Of a DNA stretch of 64,000 nt, positions 43,155 through 53,797 are shown piece by piece. The translations under genes and the position numbers were made by a program. This DNA is from an uncultured Thermoplasmata archaeon (GTDB lineage: Archaea > Thermoplasmatota > Thermoplasmata > Lutacidiplasmatales > UBA184). The stretch spans positions 455,807 to 519,806 of the forward strand of contig CAVOMG010000001.1 in assembly GCA_963696985.1 (NCBI GenBank), given 5' to 3'. A model generated the notes under the pieces. The model did no database searches, was not told the origin of the DNA, and saw nothing but the letters and a program-made list of their open reading frames with translations. Positions within the stretch are counted from its first letter, which is position 1, and every line of letters starts with the position of its first letter.

Positions 43155-43433
43155 GTGCCGGATCTCCCCACGCTCCGATGCCCCTTCTGCGGATCGCCGC
43201 TCACGGACCGCCTCGATCTTGAGGGTCGGCGCTTCCTCGTGTTCCGCTGCATGTTCACGCCCGAGGTCGACCCGGCCCTCACGGAGGCCGAGCTCGCCGA
43301 GCGGCTCCCGGCCGAATTCGGGGGGAAAGGCGAGGTGTATTTCCGGGGGACGTGCGACCGGCTTCACGGCTACGTGACGAAGGGAGCCGGCGCCCGCGCC
43401 CTCACGGGGGCGGCGGCGGAACGCCCGTCGTGA
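43155..43433 (+). CDS. Small hypothetical Cys-containing (putative metal-binding) protein
   Basis: CPFC...C...CDRLH; 12 nt downstream of the CopG-like gene. Confidence 0.65.
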   Translation: MPDLPTLRCPFCGSPLTDRLDLEGRRFLVFRCMFTPEVDPALTEAELAERLPAEFGGKGEVYFRGTCDRLHGYVTKGAGARALTGAAAERPS

Positions 43434-44008
43434 GCGGACCCCCCGGGGCCGCGCGTTCCCGGGCGAGCTCGCGCTCGTAGGCGAGATAGACACCCACGCT
43501 GCGCCCCACCAGTATGCCCGGTGCTCAGGCCGAAGAGCGCGTCGACGATCCCGAGGAGCAGCGCCGCAAAGGGAGAGAGGGTCACGGCGGGCGCGAAGGA
43601 GAAGTCGATCGCGGACGGGCCGAGCACCCAGAGCGCGATCGCGATCCGCGCTACGAAGAGGACCATGTAGGAGACCGGGACCCACGGGTGGAGCCGGTAG
43701 TACCACTCCTGGTTCGGCGGCCTTCGCTCGAGATGGACGTGGCCCCGGATGTACTCCGTCGCGAGGATCGCCGCGACCACGAGGATCGAGGCGTCGAGGG
43801 CGTAGAAGTACCAGGGCGTGCCCACCGACGTCGCGGCGAGGGTGAGCGCGAAGAGGGCGACGTAGAACGCGGCGAAGACCGCGAGGCGGCCCGGGCGGAC
43901 GGGAGCCCCCCGGACCATCACGTAGGTCCGGCGGGCCATGATGAGGAGGAGCAGCGCGAGGACGAGGAGCGCCGGTTCGAGCGAGGAGGGCTCCGCTCCC
44001 GCGCTCAC
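43402..44008 (-). CDS. Membrane protein, DUF1453/CcdC-like; frameshift ~43515
   Basis: Five to six TM segments; RRTY..VRG.PV..GRL; the repaired end is GILVGRSVGVYLAY. Confidence 0.65.
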
Positions 44009-44026
44009 CGGATCACCGACCGACCC

Positions 44027-44914
44027 CTACGCCGGGATCGCGACGCCCCCGATCTTCCGCAGCGCGGCGTCGGTCGAGACGAGGTGGCGCGGGAGCCCGA
44101 GCTCCTCGGCGCTCGCCCCCAGGGCGAGGCCGACGAGCTGGGGGAGGTGAAAGACCGGCATGTCGAGGGCGTGGCCGACCTGGTGCTCGGCCTTGTTCTG
44201 GTAGGCATCGAGGGAGATGTGGCAGAGCGGGCAGGGGGTCGCCATCGCGTCGGCCCCATGGGCCTTCGCGTCCTCGATCTGCCGTCCGGCGATCCGGCTC
44301 GCCGTCGGCTCCTTCACGAAGAGGATCGGGAAGCCGCAGCACATGACCCGGCCTCGATACCAGACCGGCGTCGCTCCGAGCGCCGCGATCAGGTCCTCGA
44401 AGCTGTGGGGCTCCTCCGCGCTCTCGGTCCTCAGTCGATCCGCCGGCCGCAGCAGATGGCAGCCGTAGAACGCCCCCACCTTGAGGCCCGTGAGCGGCCG
44501 GACGACCTGCCGGCGGATCGCCTCCGCCCCGATCTCGTCGCTCAGGACCTGGAGGAGGTGCGTCACGTGGGTCTTCCCCTCGTAACGCATCCCGATCTGG
44601 GCGAGCGCCCCCTCGACCCTCTCCCGGATCTTCGGCTCGGTGTAGTGGTAGTTCGCGAGCGAGAGCATCCCCTGGCAGGTCGAGCAGACCGTCAGGATGT
44701 CGAGGCCGGCGCGCTCCGCGATCGCGAGATTGCGCGCGTTGAGGGCCGTGTTCAGCGTCGGGTTCGCCTCGTCGATGAAGCCGGAGCCGCAGCAGGAGAA
44801 GTTGGGGAACTCGACGAGCTCGATGCCGAGCTTCTTCGCGACCCATCGGGTCGAGAGGTCGAGCTCCTTCCCCGACTCCTGGGCGACACATCCCGGGTAG
44901 TAGGCGAGCTTCAC
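44027..44914 (-). CDS. CCG-domain (HdrB-like) anchor subunit of succinate dehydrogenase/fumarate reductase (SdhE type)
   Basis: YYPGC, SCCGSG, VCSTC, FYGCH, MCCG and TPCPLCH. Confidence 0.9.
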   Translation of the reverse strand: MKLAYYPGCVAQESGKELDLSTRWVAKKLGIELVEFPNFSCCGSGFIDEANPTLNTALNARNLAIAERAGLDILTVCSTCQGMLSLANYHYTEPKIRERVEGALAQIGMRYEGKTHVTHLLQVLSDEIGAEAIRRQVVRPLTGLKVGAFYGCHLLRPADRLRTESAEEPHSFEDLIAALGATPVWYRGRVMCCGFPILFVKEPTASRIAGRQIEDAKAHGADAMATPCPLCHISLDAYQNKAEHQVGHALDMPVFHLPQLVGLALGASAEELGLPRHLVSTDAALRKIGGVAIPA

Positions 44915-45879
44915 GAGCGATCCTCCGGGTCGAGGATCTCGTAGAGCTTCTCGACCTCTTCATGGTCCTTGATCGGCTTCGGGGTCTTCGCGATCTCGGG
45001 CTTCTTTCGGATGAGGTGGAGCCCTTGCGGCAGTTGGGCCATCACGCCACCGATTCCGGAAGTCTGGCGGACGAGTCGCATCTCGCTCAATACGCCCCGC
45101 TCCCGGATGTTCTCCTTGAAGCCGACCGCGTGTCGGGAACCGGGCTCCGTCGCCCCCTGCGAGGCGATGGCGAGCTCCTTCAGGTCCATGATCCGCTCCG
45201 AGGGTCGGACGTCCTTCGGGCACGCCTCGGTGCACAGATGGCATCGGAGGCAGAGCCAGAGGCCCCCGGGCTGGATCTTCGCGAGCCGCTCCCGCGTCGC
45301 GCCGTCGCGGGGATCGACGACGAACCGGTAGAGCTTCGCGAGCGCCATCGGTCCGGGGAACATCGGATCGGCCTCGACCGCCGGGCAGGCCGAGTAGCAG
45401 GAGGCGCAGGCGATGCACCTCGGGGTCCCCTCGAACCGGGCGACCTGCGCGGGGCTCATCGACGTCGGCCGGTCGGCCGGCATCGGTTTCGCCGGGTCGG
45501 CGATCAGGTGGGGCTCGATCCGTCGGTAGTTCGACCAGAACGGCCGCATCTCGGTCACGAGGTCGCGGAGCACCGGGAGGTTACGCATCGGGTCGACGAC
45601 GATCCGGCCGTGGCGGGCGATCTCGGGTCCGACCTGGGTCTGGCAGGCGAGACGGCTCTTCGAGTTGACGAGCATGGCGCAGGAGCCGCAGATCGCGCTC
45701 CGGCAGGAGTAGCGCAGCGTGAGCGACGGGTCGATCTCCGACCGGATCCGCAGGAGGGCGGTCAACACCGGCGTGTGCGAGGGGAGATCGAGCTCGTAGG
45801 ACTGGTAGCGGGGTTTCGCGTCCTTCGACGGATCGAACCGGTAGACCTCGAACGGGGCGTGGATCGTGGAGCTCGCCAT
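44911..45879 (-). CDS. sdhB: Succinate dehydrogenase/fumarate reductase Fe-S subunit
   Basis: [10 protein letters not shown] (2Fe-2S), CIACASC...CP and CLRCHLC...CP. Confidence 0.95.
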   Translation of the reverse strand: MASSTIHAPFEVYRFDPSKDAKPRYQSYELDLPSHTPVLTALLRIRSEIDPSLTLRYSCRSAICGSCAMLVNSKSRLACQTQVGPEIARHGRIVVDPMRNLPVLRDLVTEMRPFWSNYRRIEPHLIADPAKPMPADRPTSMSPAQVARFEGTPRCIACASCYSACPAVEADPMFPGPMALAKLYRFVVDPRDGATRERLAKIQPGGLWLCLRCHLCTEACPKDVRPSERIMDLKELAIASQGATEPGSRHAVGFKENIRERGVLSEMRLVRQTSGIGGVMAQLPQGLHLIRKKPEIAKTPKPIKDHEEVEKLYEILDPEDRS

Positions 45880-47551
45880 CAGTACACCCGTTCCTTCGGT
45901 TCCCAGCGCGTGTAGGCCACGGGGGCGTAGGAGAGCTTCGGCCCCCCGCGACTGTACGAAGCGAGCGTGTGGCGCATCCAGTTCGCGTCGTCGCGCTTCG
46001 GGTAATCGGTCCGGGCGTGGGCCCCGCGGCTCTCCGTCCGGGCGATCGCGCCGACGATGATCGTCTCCGCGAGATCGAGCATGTGCCCGGTCTCGAGGGC
46101 GTCCGTGAGGTTGAGGTTGAACGTCCGGGACTGGTCCGCGACGCGGACGTTCGCGTAGCGGGCCTGGATCGCACGGATCTTCTTCAGGGCGTCGGCCAGC
46201 ATGGCATAGTCGCGGTAGATCCCGACCTGCGCGTCCATGACCTTCTGCATCTCCGTCCGAAGCCCCTGGGGATCCTCGCCGTCGGTCCGGGAGGACATGG
46301 CGCGGATCCCGGCCACGTCGGCCTCGACGTCCCGGTCCGAGATCGCGGGGACCGGGGCCCCTTTGGCGTAGGAGGCCGCGGCGGTCCCGGCCTGCTTCCC
46401 GAAGACGAGGGTCTCGAGCAGGGAGTTCCCGCCCAAGCGGTTCGCCCCGTGGATCGAGACGCACGCGGCCTCGCCGGCGGCGAAAAGTCCGGGGAGGTTC
46501 GTCTCCCCCCGGATGTTCGTGCCCACCCCGCCCATCATGTAGTGCTGGGCCGGCATGACCGGGATCGGCTGGGTCACGGGGTCGACGCCGGCGAACTTCC
46601 GGGAGAAGTCGCAGATCTCCTCGAGGCGCGACTCGATCTTCTCCTTGCCGAGATGCATCAACTCGAGGTGAACGTAGCCGCCCGGGAAGCCCCGACCCTG
46701 TTGGACCTCCGTCCAGATCGCCCGGGAGACGACGTCGCGGGACGCCAGATCGAGGACGTGCGGGGCGTAGCGACTCATGAACCGCTCCCCGGAGGCGTTC
46801 TTCAGGATCCCGCCCTCGCCCCGGGCCCCTTCGGTGATCAGGATCGAGGATTCGAGGAGGGCCGTCGGATGGAACTGGACGAACTCCATGTCCTTCAAGA
46901 ACGCCCCGGCCCGATACGCCGCCGCCAGACCGTCGCCGGTGCAGGTGTGGGCGTTCGTCGTACGACCGTAGACCCGGCCGGCGGGCCCGTCGCGATCACG
47001 ACCGCCTTGGCGGCGATCGCCTCGAACGCGCCCGAGTTCCGGTTGAAGGCGACGACGCCCTGGCAGCGCCCGTCCCTGACGACGATCGAGGTGAGGTCCC
47101 ACTCCTCGTAAATGGTGAACGCCTCCGTCCCGATCCGCTCGTAAAGGGCCTGGAGGAGCGCGAGTCCAGTGCGGTCGGCCGCATAGATCGTCCGAGGGAA
47201 TCCCGCCCCGCCGAAGGCGCGGCGGGCGAGGCTCCCGTCGTCCCCGCGGCTGAAGATCGTGCCGAAGTGTTCCATCTCGACGACGGTCGGCCCGGCCTCC
47301 CGGCAGAAGAACTCGATCGCGTCCTGGTCGCCGAGGTAGTCCGAACCCTTCACCGTGTCGTAGATGTGGGTGTCGACGGAATCCTCGGCCCCGACCGCGG
47401 CATTGATCCCGCCCTGCGCAGCCCCGGAGTGCGACCGGAGCGGATGGAGCTTCGAGAGGATCGCGACGTCCGCGCCCGCCTCCATCGCGGCGAGGGCCGC
47501 GCGCTGGCCCGCGAGGCCCGCGCCGACCACCAAGACATCGTGACGTTCCAT
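45879..47551 (-). CDS. sdhA: Succinate dehydrogenase/fumarate reductase flavoprotein; frameshift ~46984
   Basis: [16 protein letters not shown] (FAD His), [42 protein letters not shown] and RTESRGAH. Confidence 0.95.
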
Positions 47552-47580
47552 CTTCCGGGCGCGTGCGAGGCCCGGCGAAG

Positions 47581-47586
47581 TTTAAG
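47581..47586 (-). promoter_or_regulatory. Candidate TATA box (CTTAAA) for a leaderless sdhABE transcript
   Basis: About 30 nt upstream of the sdhA ATG. Confidence 0.5.
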
Positions 47587-47699
47587 GCGTTCGGTCGCGT
47601 TCGGGACGGTCGGCGACTCCCGCCGTCCCTCCGGTGGCTCGGTTGGCGCTGCCCGAAGTGGAAAGCCGATGGCTCGTCGGTAAGTGGTCCGGACAGGTC

Positions 47700-47706
47700 T
47701 TATATA
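47700..47706 (+). promoter_or_regulatory. Candidate TATA box (TTATATA) for psmB-aCPSF1
   Basis: About 50 nt upstream of the psmB ATG. Confidence 0.55.
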
Positions 47707-47756
47707 GGCAGGCCAAATCGGGAGCCTCGGTTTTCCGAAGCCGGTCGGTGGCATCG

Positions 47757-48428
47757 ATGCAATCCAACCCCGCGTTCAGCGAAGAGAAGCTCCTGAAGGG
47801 CACGACGACGATCGGGCTCGTGATGAAAGACGGCGTCGTCCTCGCCACCGAGCGACGCGCCACCGCCGGGAACCTGATCGCCAACAAGTCCACTCAGAAG
47901 CTTTTCAAGATCGATCAGAACATCGGAATGACCGTCGCCGGGCTCGTCGGCGACGCGCAATTGCTCGCCCGCTACCTGCGGGCGGAGGTCTCGCTCTACC
48001 GGCTGCGCCGGAGCGCCCCGCTCTCGGCCGAAGGGGCGGCGACGCTGCTCGCGAACATCCTGAGCGGCAACCGCATGTTCCCCTACTACGCTTGGCTGAT
48101 CCTCGGCGGCGTCGACTCGGCCGGTGGCCACGTCTTCTCGGTCGATCCCGCCGGTGGCTCGATCGAGGACCGGTACGTGTCGGTCGGGAGCGGCTCGACG
48201 TTCGCCTACGGTCTGCTCGAGGAGGGCTACTCGCGGGACCTCACGGTCTCCGACGGCGTCGACCTCGCCCTGCGCGGACTGACGGTGGCGATGAAGCGCG
48301 ACAGCGCGAGCGGCGACGGCTACACGGTCCACACGATCACCTCCCGCGAATACCGGGAGTTCTCCGAGGACGAGATCAACAAGCGCCTGAAGGCCCTCAA
48401 GATCCCCCTTCCCCCCGCCCTCGCCTAA
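47757..48428 (+). CDS. psmB: Proteasome subunit beta
   Basis: Short propeptide then GTTTIG (Thr1); ATERRAT, TVAGLVGDAQ, GSGS and RDSASGDG. Confidence 0.96.
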   Translation: MQSNPAFSEEKLLKGTTTIGLVMKDGVVLATERRATAGNLIANKSTQKLFKIDQNIGMTVAGLVGDAQLLARYLRAEVSLYRLRRSAPLSAEGAATLLANILSGNRMFPYYAWLILGGVDSAGGHVFSVDPAGGSIEDRYVSVGSGSTFAYGLLEEGYSRDLTVSDGVDLALRGLTVAMKRDSASGDGYTVHTITSREYREFSEDEINKRLKALKIPLPPALA

Positions 48429-48488
48429 GGCCGCCCCCGCCTCGCCGGGCAACCCCTTCCCCCCCAACCCGTTCCAGACGAACCCAGA

Positions 48489-50393
48489 ATGAGTTTCGAT
48501 TCGCTGGTCGAACAGACAAAGCAAGCGCTGCGAGAGGTGCTGCCGGACACCGTGGAGGTGACCGACATCGAGCTCGAGGGCCCGCATGTGGTCCTCTACA
48601 CGAAGCAGCTCGACGCCTTCCTCTCCGGCGGGGACTACCTTCGCCAGATCGCCCAGCGGCTCCGTCGCCGGGTCCTGGTCCGCACCGATCCGGAGAGCCT
48701 CATCGACCCGAAGGAAGCCGAGGCGGCGATCCGGGAATTGATCCCGCGGGAGGCGGAGATCTCGGCGCTCTTTTTCGAACCCGAGACCGGCGAGGTGACG
48801 ATCGAGGCCGCCAACCCCGGCGCGGCGATCGGTCGGCAGGGAGCGGTCCTCAACGAGCTCAAACGACGGATCGGCTGGGTACCGACGGTCGTCCGGACGC
48901 CCCCGATCCCGTCGAAGACCGTTGAGGAGGTCCGGATCCACCTACGCAACGTCCACGACGATCGCCGGACCTTCCTCAAGAAGGTCGGTATCAAGATCGC
49001 GCGGGACCGACTGCCCGAGAAGATCTGGGCCCGGAACACGGCGCTCGGCGGCTACCGGGAGGTCGGGCGGAGCGCGCACCTGCTCGCCACCCAGAACTCG
49101 AAGGTCCTCATCGACTGCGGGATCGACCCCGGATCGGACCGCACTCCGTTCTTCAATGCCCCCGAGCTCCTCCCGCTCGACTCGCTCGACGCAGTGGTGG
49201 TGACCCATGCCCACCTCGACCACTGCGGGCTCATCCCGGTCCTGCTCAAGTACGGCTACACGGGCCCGATCTACGCGACGGCGCCGACCCGCGACCTGAT
49301 GGCGCTGATGCTCCTCGACGCGATCAAGGTCACGAACCAGGAGGCCCGCCGGGGCCTCTACGACTCCTCCCATGTCCGCAACCTCGTCGCCCGGACGATC
49401 CCGCTCCGATGGGGCGAGACCACCGACATCGCCCCGGACATGCGTCTCACGATGCACAACGCGGGCCACATCCTCGGCTCCTCGATCTGCCACTTCCACC
49501 TCGGCGACGGCGACTACAACCTCGCCTACTCCGGCGACATCAAGTTCGAGCGGAGCTGGCTGTTCAACCCGGCGGCGAACCGGTTCCCGAGGCTCGAGAC
49601 GCTCATCCTCGAATCGACGTACGGCGGCTACCGGGACCTGCAGCCGAGCCGCCAGCAGGCGACCGAGGAGTTCAGCCACCTCGCCTCCAAGGTCCTCGAA
49701 CGCCACGGGAAGCTGATCGTCCCGGTGTTCGCGGTCGGCCGATCCCAGGAGGTCATGCTCGTCCTCGAGGAGCGGATGCGCTCCGGCGCGATCCCGAAGG
49801 TCCCGGTCTACCTCGACGGGATGATCTTCGAGGCGACCGCGATCCACACGGCCTACCCGGAGTACCTCAACAGCCAGCTGAGGACCCAGATCTTCCAGCA
49901 GGGGGACAACCCGTTCCTCTCGGACATCTTCCACCGGGTCGACTCCGCCCAGATGCGCTACGGGATCCTCGACAGCAAGGATCCGTGCATCATCCTCGCC
50001 ACGTCGGGGATGATGAGCGGGGGGCCCGTCATGGAGTACTTCAAGGCGTGGGCCCCCGAGGAGAAGAACGGCATCCTCTTCGTCGGGTACCAGGCCGAGG
50101 GGACGTTCGGCCGGCGCCTCCAGCGCGGGCTGAGCGAGGCGACGTTCATGGACAACGGGCGCAACGGCTCCTTCCCCGTCCGGCTCGAGGTCGCGACGAT
50201 CGAGGGGTTCTCCGGCCACTCCGACCGGGTCCAGCTGATGAACTACATCGCCACCCTGGATCCCCGGCCCCAGCGCGTCATCTTGAACCACGGCGAGGAG
50301 TCGAAGGCCCTCGACCTCGCCACCGGGCTCCACAAGAGGTTCAACGTGGAGTCCCGGGTCCCGTACAACCTCGAAGCCATCCGGCTCATATGA
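48489..50393 (+). CDS. fttA: Beta-CASP ribonuclease aCPSF1 (FttA) with N-terminal KH domains
   Basis: AIGRQG KH motif, LGGYREVGRS, THAHLDHCG, NAGHILGS, ESTYGG, GYQAEGT and FSGHSD. Confidence 0.96.
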   Translation: MSFDSLVEQTKQALREVLPDTVEVTDIELEGPHVVLYTKQLDAFLSGGDYLRQIAQRLRRRVLVRTDPESLIDPKEAEAAIRELIPREAEISALFFEPETGEVTIEAANPGAAIGRQGAVLNELKRRIGWVPTVVRTPPIPSKTVEEVRIHLRNVHDDRRTFLKKVGIKIARDRLPEKIWARNTALGGYREVGRSAHLLATQNSKVLIDCGIDPGSDRTPFFNAPELLPLDSLDAVVVTHAHLDHCGLIPVLLKYGYTGPIYATAPTRDLMALMLLDAIKVTNQEARRGLYDSSHVRNLVARTIPLRWGETTDIAPDMRLTMHNAGHILGSSICHFHLGDGDYNLAYSGDIKFERSWLFNPAANRFPRLETLILESTYGGYRDLQPSRQQATEEFSHLASKVLERHGKLIVPVFAVGRSQEVMLVLEERMRSGAIPKVPVYLDGMIFEATAIHTAYPEYLNSQLRTQIFQQGDNPFLSDIFHRVDSAQMRYGILDSKDPCIILATSGMMSGGPVMEYFKAWAPEEKNGILFVGYQAEGTFGRRLQRGLSEATFMDNGRNGSFPVRLEVATIEGFSGHSDRVQLMNYIATLDPRPQRVILNHGEESKALDLATGLHKRFNVESRVPYNLEAIRLI

Positions 50394-50520
50394 TCCTGCG
50401 GGGGGCGGTCGGCCGCTACCGAATGCCCCACGGAGGTTCTATCGGCGGCGGGGGGCTGGACAGTACGATTTATAGGAGCCGCCGGGTCAAAACCCCGACG
50501 GGGTAGGGGAGATCGCATCG

Positions 50521-52053
50521 ATGGCCATCCCCGCTCGTCGCGTCCTCGTGCTCGGCCTCGATGGGGGCACGTTCGACCTCCTTGACCCGTGGTTCCGGGC
50601 CGGTGAGCTGCCGTTCCTGCGCGGCCTCGCCGAGCGGGGGTTCCGATCGAAACTCCTCTCGGTCTATCCGGCGAAGACGATCCCCGCGTGGTACTGCGCC
50701 GCGACCGGCCAGGACCCGGGCGCCCTCGGCGTCTTCGGCTTCACCGAGCCGAACGGCGGCCCCGGGAAGAGCCGCGTCGTGCAGACGTTCCGTCCGGCCG
50801 AGGCGGTCTGGGACCGGCTCTCGCGCCGTGGGGTGACGGTCGGCGTCCTCAACTTCCCGCTCCGATCGGGGTACGCCATCAACGGCTTCGTCGTGCCGGG
50901 GATGCTCTCCGAATCCTCGGACACCTACCCCACGCGGTTGCGCGCCGAACTCGAGGCCCGCACCCACACCCCCCACGTCCCCGAGCTCCCCCCATACCGG
51001 GAGTCCGAGCGGGCGAAGTGGCTCGACCTCGCCACCCGGGCCGTCGACCAGTACGGCCGCTATGCCGAGATCCTCTGCGAAGAGTACCGCCCCGCGTTCC
51101 TCTTCACGCTCCTCAGGGAGACCGACCGCGTCGAGCACCAGCATTGGGCCGAGCTGACCCGACCGTTCGCGGAGATCGGCGAGGACCTGAAGCGGTTCTG
51201 GCGGATGGTGGACGGGACCTGCGCCCGGATCGACGCCTCGTTCCGAGCCGTGGGCGGGCCGCAGCGGACGTTCGTCATCTCCGACCACGGGCACGGGGCC
51301 GCCCGCTCGGACTTCTTCACGAACCGCTGGCTGGCACGCGAGGGCTACCTCGTCTTCCGAAAGCCGGCGACCGGATGGCACCGGCGGCTCGCCGCCCGCG
51401 TGCTCCTCGCTTCGGAGCGGTACCGGGCGACGCGGTGGCTCGTGCGGGGCCTCGCCGACCGGCTGCGCGGCGGCCGGGGGCGCAACTTCGTCGGGAAGAT
51501 GCTCGCGGGCGAGGGAAGCTTTGAGGCGATGGCGCCGAACATCGACTGGGAACGGACCGTCGCCTTCTCCTACCCGGTGCCTGAGGGGATCTACCTCAAC
51601 CGGTACCGCACCGCGATGACCCCGGAGGAGGCCGACCGCACGGTCGCCGAGATCCGCCACAAGCTCGAGACGTGCCCGGACGCCCACATCGAGGTCTTCG
51701 AACCCCGCGAGCTCTACCGGGGCCGCAACCTCTCGAACGCCCCGGCGCTCCTCCTGCGGATCGACGGGCTCGCGACCGAGACCCGCATGGACTTCAGCTA
51801 CCCTGAGCCGATGCTCCGGGACCGGCCCGGCTTCTTCTACGGGAGCGGGGTCCACCGGATGGAAGGGATCCTGCTCGTCGCGGGCGACGGGGTCGCCCCG
51901 GGCCGGCAGGGCGGACCGTTCTCGCTTCTCGACGTGGCCCCGACGGTCCTCGAGACGATGGGCGTGCCGCCCGACGCGGGGATGGCCGGCCGATCGTTCG
52001 GGTCGGCGCTGGGGGGACCCGGGGCCGACGCGGGCCCGGCGCCTCCCCTGTAG
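50521..52053 (+). CDS. Alkaline-phosphatase superfamily nucleotide pyrophosphatase/phosphodiesterase
   Basis: VLGLDGG, YPAKTIPAW (Thr nucleophile), TDRVEH, ISDHGHG, GVHRMEG and DVAPTV. Confidence 0.88.
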   Translation: MAIPARRVLVLGLDGGTFDLLDPWFRAGELPFLRGLAERGFRSKLLSVYPAKTIPAWYCAATGQDPGALGVFGFTEPNGGPGKSRVVQTFRPAEAVWDRLSRRGVTVGVLNFPLRSGYAINGFVVPGMLSESSDTYPTRLRAELEARTHTPHVPELPPYRESERAKWLDLATRAVDQYGRYAEILCEEYRPAFLFTLLRETDRVEHQHWAELTRPFAEIGEDLKRFWRMVDGTCARIDASFRAVGGPQRTFVISDHGHGAARSDFFTNRWLAREGYLVFRKPATGWHRRLAARVLLASERYRATRWLVRGLADRLRGGRGRNFVGKMLAGEGSFEAMAPNIDWERTVAFSYPVPEGIYLNRYRTAMTPEEADRTVAEIRHKLETCPDAHIEVFEPRELYRGRNLSNAPALLLRIDGLATETRMDFSYPEPMLRDRPGFFYGSGVHRMEGILLVAGDGVAPGRQGGPFSLLDVAPTVLETMGVPPDAGMAGRSFGSALGGPGADAGPAPPL

Positions 52054-52089
52054 ACGAAACCCTTTGTACGGCCTCCCGTAGTTCGCTCG

Positions 52090-53235
52090 ATGGGCTGGCG
52101 GATCGATTTCCTGGCCGCGGCTCCGCCTCAGGACGCCACCTCCGGACCGAGCCGGTCGCTCTGGGAGCTCGGCGCCGCCCTCGTGGCCCGGGGGCACGCC
52201 GTTCGGGTCCTCTTCCCCTCGGTGAACCCGCACGCCCGCCCCGATGTGAAGGGGGTGACGTCGATCCCGGTACCCGACCCCGGGCCGGGACGCCGGCCGT
52301 TCGCCCGAGACATCGCGCTCGGCCGCAACGCCTCCGACCTCCTCGACCCGGAGGTCGACCTGATCGTCGGGTCGGACGAGAAGGCCGGCGCCCTCGAGTG
52401 GGTCCACCGACCCAACGGCCGCCCGGCCTTCGCCATGATCGTCCACGAGGTCGCCTGGCACGTCTACGAATCCGGCCAGCCGGCGCTCACCCCGCGGGGG
52501 TTCCGAGAGCGGATCGGACGGTGGTCGGAGCGCCGCACCTTGAAGCGCCTCGAGGGGACGGCCCTCGCCCGGGCCCGCCTCGTCTTTGTGCCGTCGGAAG
52601 TGAACGGGGCGCTCCTACGCCGGATCTACGGCCTCACCGACCAGACCCTGCGGCTCCTCCCCCACGGCGTCGCCGATCCGATCGACGCCGGCTCCCGGGA
52701 GGAGGCCCGCATGGCGCTCAAGGTCCCGGCCGACGTACCGCTCGTCTCGTTCGTCGGCCGCCACCCCGACCGCCAGGGCCTCCCCATCGCGCTCTCGGCG
52801 TTCCATCGGGTGCGAGCGTTCTTTCCCGGCGCTCGCTTCCTCGTCGTAGGCGCGGACGCTCCGTCGGAGCCCGGGGTGACCTCCCTCGGGGTCGTCGACG
52901 AGCTCTCGAAGGCCCGAGTCCTGCGGGCGAGCGACGTCTTCCTGTTCCCCGCCCGCCACGAGGGGTTCGGCCTCGCCCCGCGCGAGGCGATGCGCTACGG
53001 GGTCGCGACCGTCGTGAGCCGGAACGTCCCCCTCGAGGGGACCGGCGCGAAGGCGGTCGCCCGGATCGTCTCCACCGACGACCCCGGGGACTACGCGAGC
53101 GAGCTCGCGGAGCTCCTCGCCGACCCGAAGCTCCGTCGGACGCTCGGCGAGTCCGGGCGGGCGTACGCCGACCAGTTCAGCTACGCCCGGATGGCCGATC
53201 ACTTCGAGCGGACGATCGCCCCGTTGCTCCCGTAG
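52090..53235 (+). CDS. Glycosyltransferase family 4 (GT-B)
   Basis: FVGR...QG, SDVFLFPARHEGFGLAPREAM and LGESGR. Confidence 0.88.
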   Translation: MGWRIDFLAAAPPQDATSGPSRSLWELGAALVARGHAVRVLFPSVNPHARPDVKGVTSIPVPDPGPGRRPFARDIALGRNASDLLDPEVDLIVGSDEKAGALEWVHRPNGRPAFAMIVHEVAWHVYESGQPALTPRGFRERIGRWSERRTLKRLEGTALARARLVFVPSEVNGALLRRIYGLTDQTLRLLPHGVADPIDAGSREEARMALKVPADVPLVSFVGRHPDRQGLPIALSAFHRVRAFFPGARFLVVGADAPSEPGVTSLGVVDELSKARVLRASDVFLFPARHEGFGLAPREAMRYGVATVVSRNVPLEGTGAKAVARIVSTDDPGDYASELAELLADPKLRRTLGESGRAYADQFSYARMADHFERTIAPLLP

Positions 53236-53797
53236 GCGGTTCGGGGCGGTCGGCGGCTTCGCTGAACTCCTCAAGCCTCCAGTCCCGGGTGCTGCGTCGG
53301 CCGGGGAGCTCCCGCCGCGAGGCCGGCAGGAGGTTCCACGCCACGCCGAGCGGCAGGGCCCCGGACTCAAGGAGGTCGAGCCGCTCGTGGAGCTGGCTCT
53401 TGAGCCCGGGGAACGGGTCAACTTCCCCGGGGCCGACGATCGGCCGGGCCGGTCGGAGGATCTGCACGCGGTCGGGCTCGACCCACCAGACTCCGACCCG
53501 ATGGCCCCGCTCGGCCACCGGCCGCTCCGCGATGCGCCGGGCGAGCCGCTCGTCCGGAACGGCGACGGCCACCCAGTCGGCCCATCCGCGACGCCGCAAG
53601 GCTTGCCTTAGGACGGTCCTTCCATCGTCGAGCTTCAGCTCGACGAGCCCGATCGTGGGACCGCGGCGAGCGATGATGTCGAAGTAGTCGGTCCCGTCCG
53701 GGTCGACCCACACCCGGTACCCCTCCGATTCGAGGTGGGTCGAGACCGGCGGGGCGAGCTCGCGCTCCCAGCGAGGCCGGGGACGTACCTGCCTCAC
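53177..53797 (-). CDS. PD-(D/E)XK nuclease-fold protein, third gene of the mutS-mutL operon
   Basis: The GTG start overlaps the mutL stop (GTGA); ERELAPPV..HL..EGY.V...DIIA...VELK...RQA......ADWVAVAVP. Confidence 0.75.
   Translation of the reverse strand: MRQVRPRPRWERELAPPVSTHLESEGYRVWVDPDGTDYFDIIARRGPTIGLVELKLDDGRTVLRQALRRRGWADWVAVAVPDERLARRIAERPVAERGHRVGVWWVEPDRVQILRPARPIVGPGEVDPFPGLKSQLHERLDLLESGALPLGVAWNLLPASRRELPGRRSTRDWRLEEFSEAADRPEPPTGATGRSSARSDRPSGRS

Noticed and set aside
44027-44914. Heterodisulfide reductase as evidence of methanogenesis
   Set aside because: The HdrB-like gene overlaps sdhB and behaves as an SdhE anchor; no hdrA/C or mcr is present.
48489-50393. psmB-aCPSF1 adjacency as a novel link
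   Set aside because: This is a known conserved archaeal gene neighbourhood.
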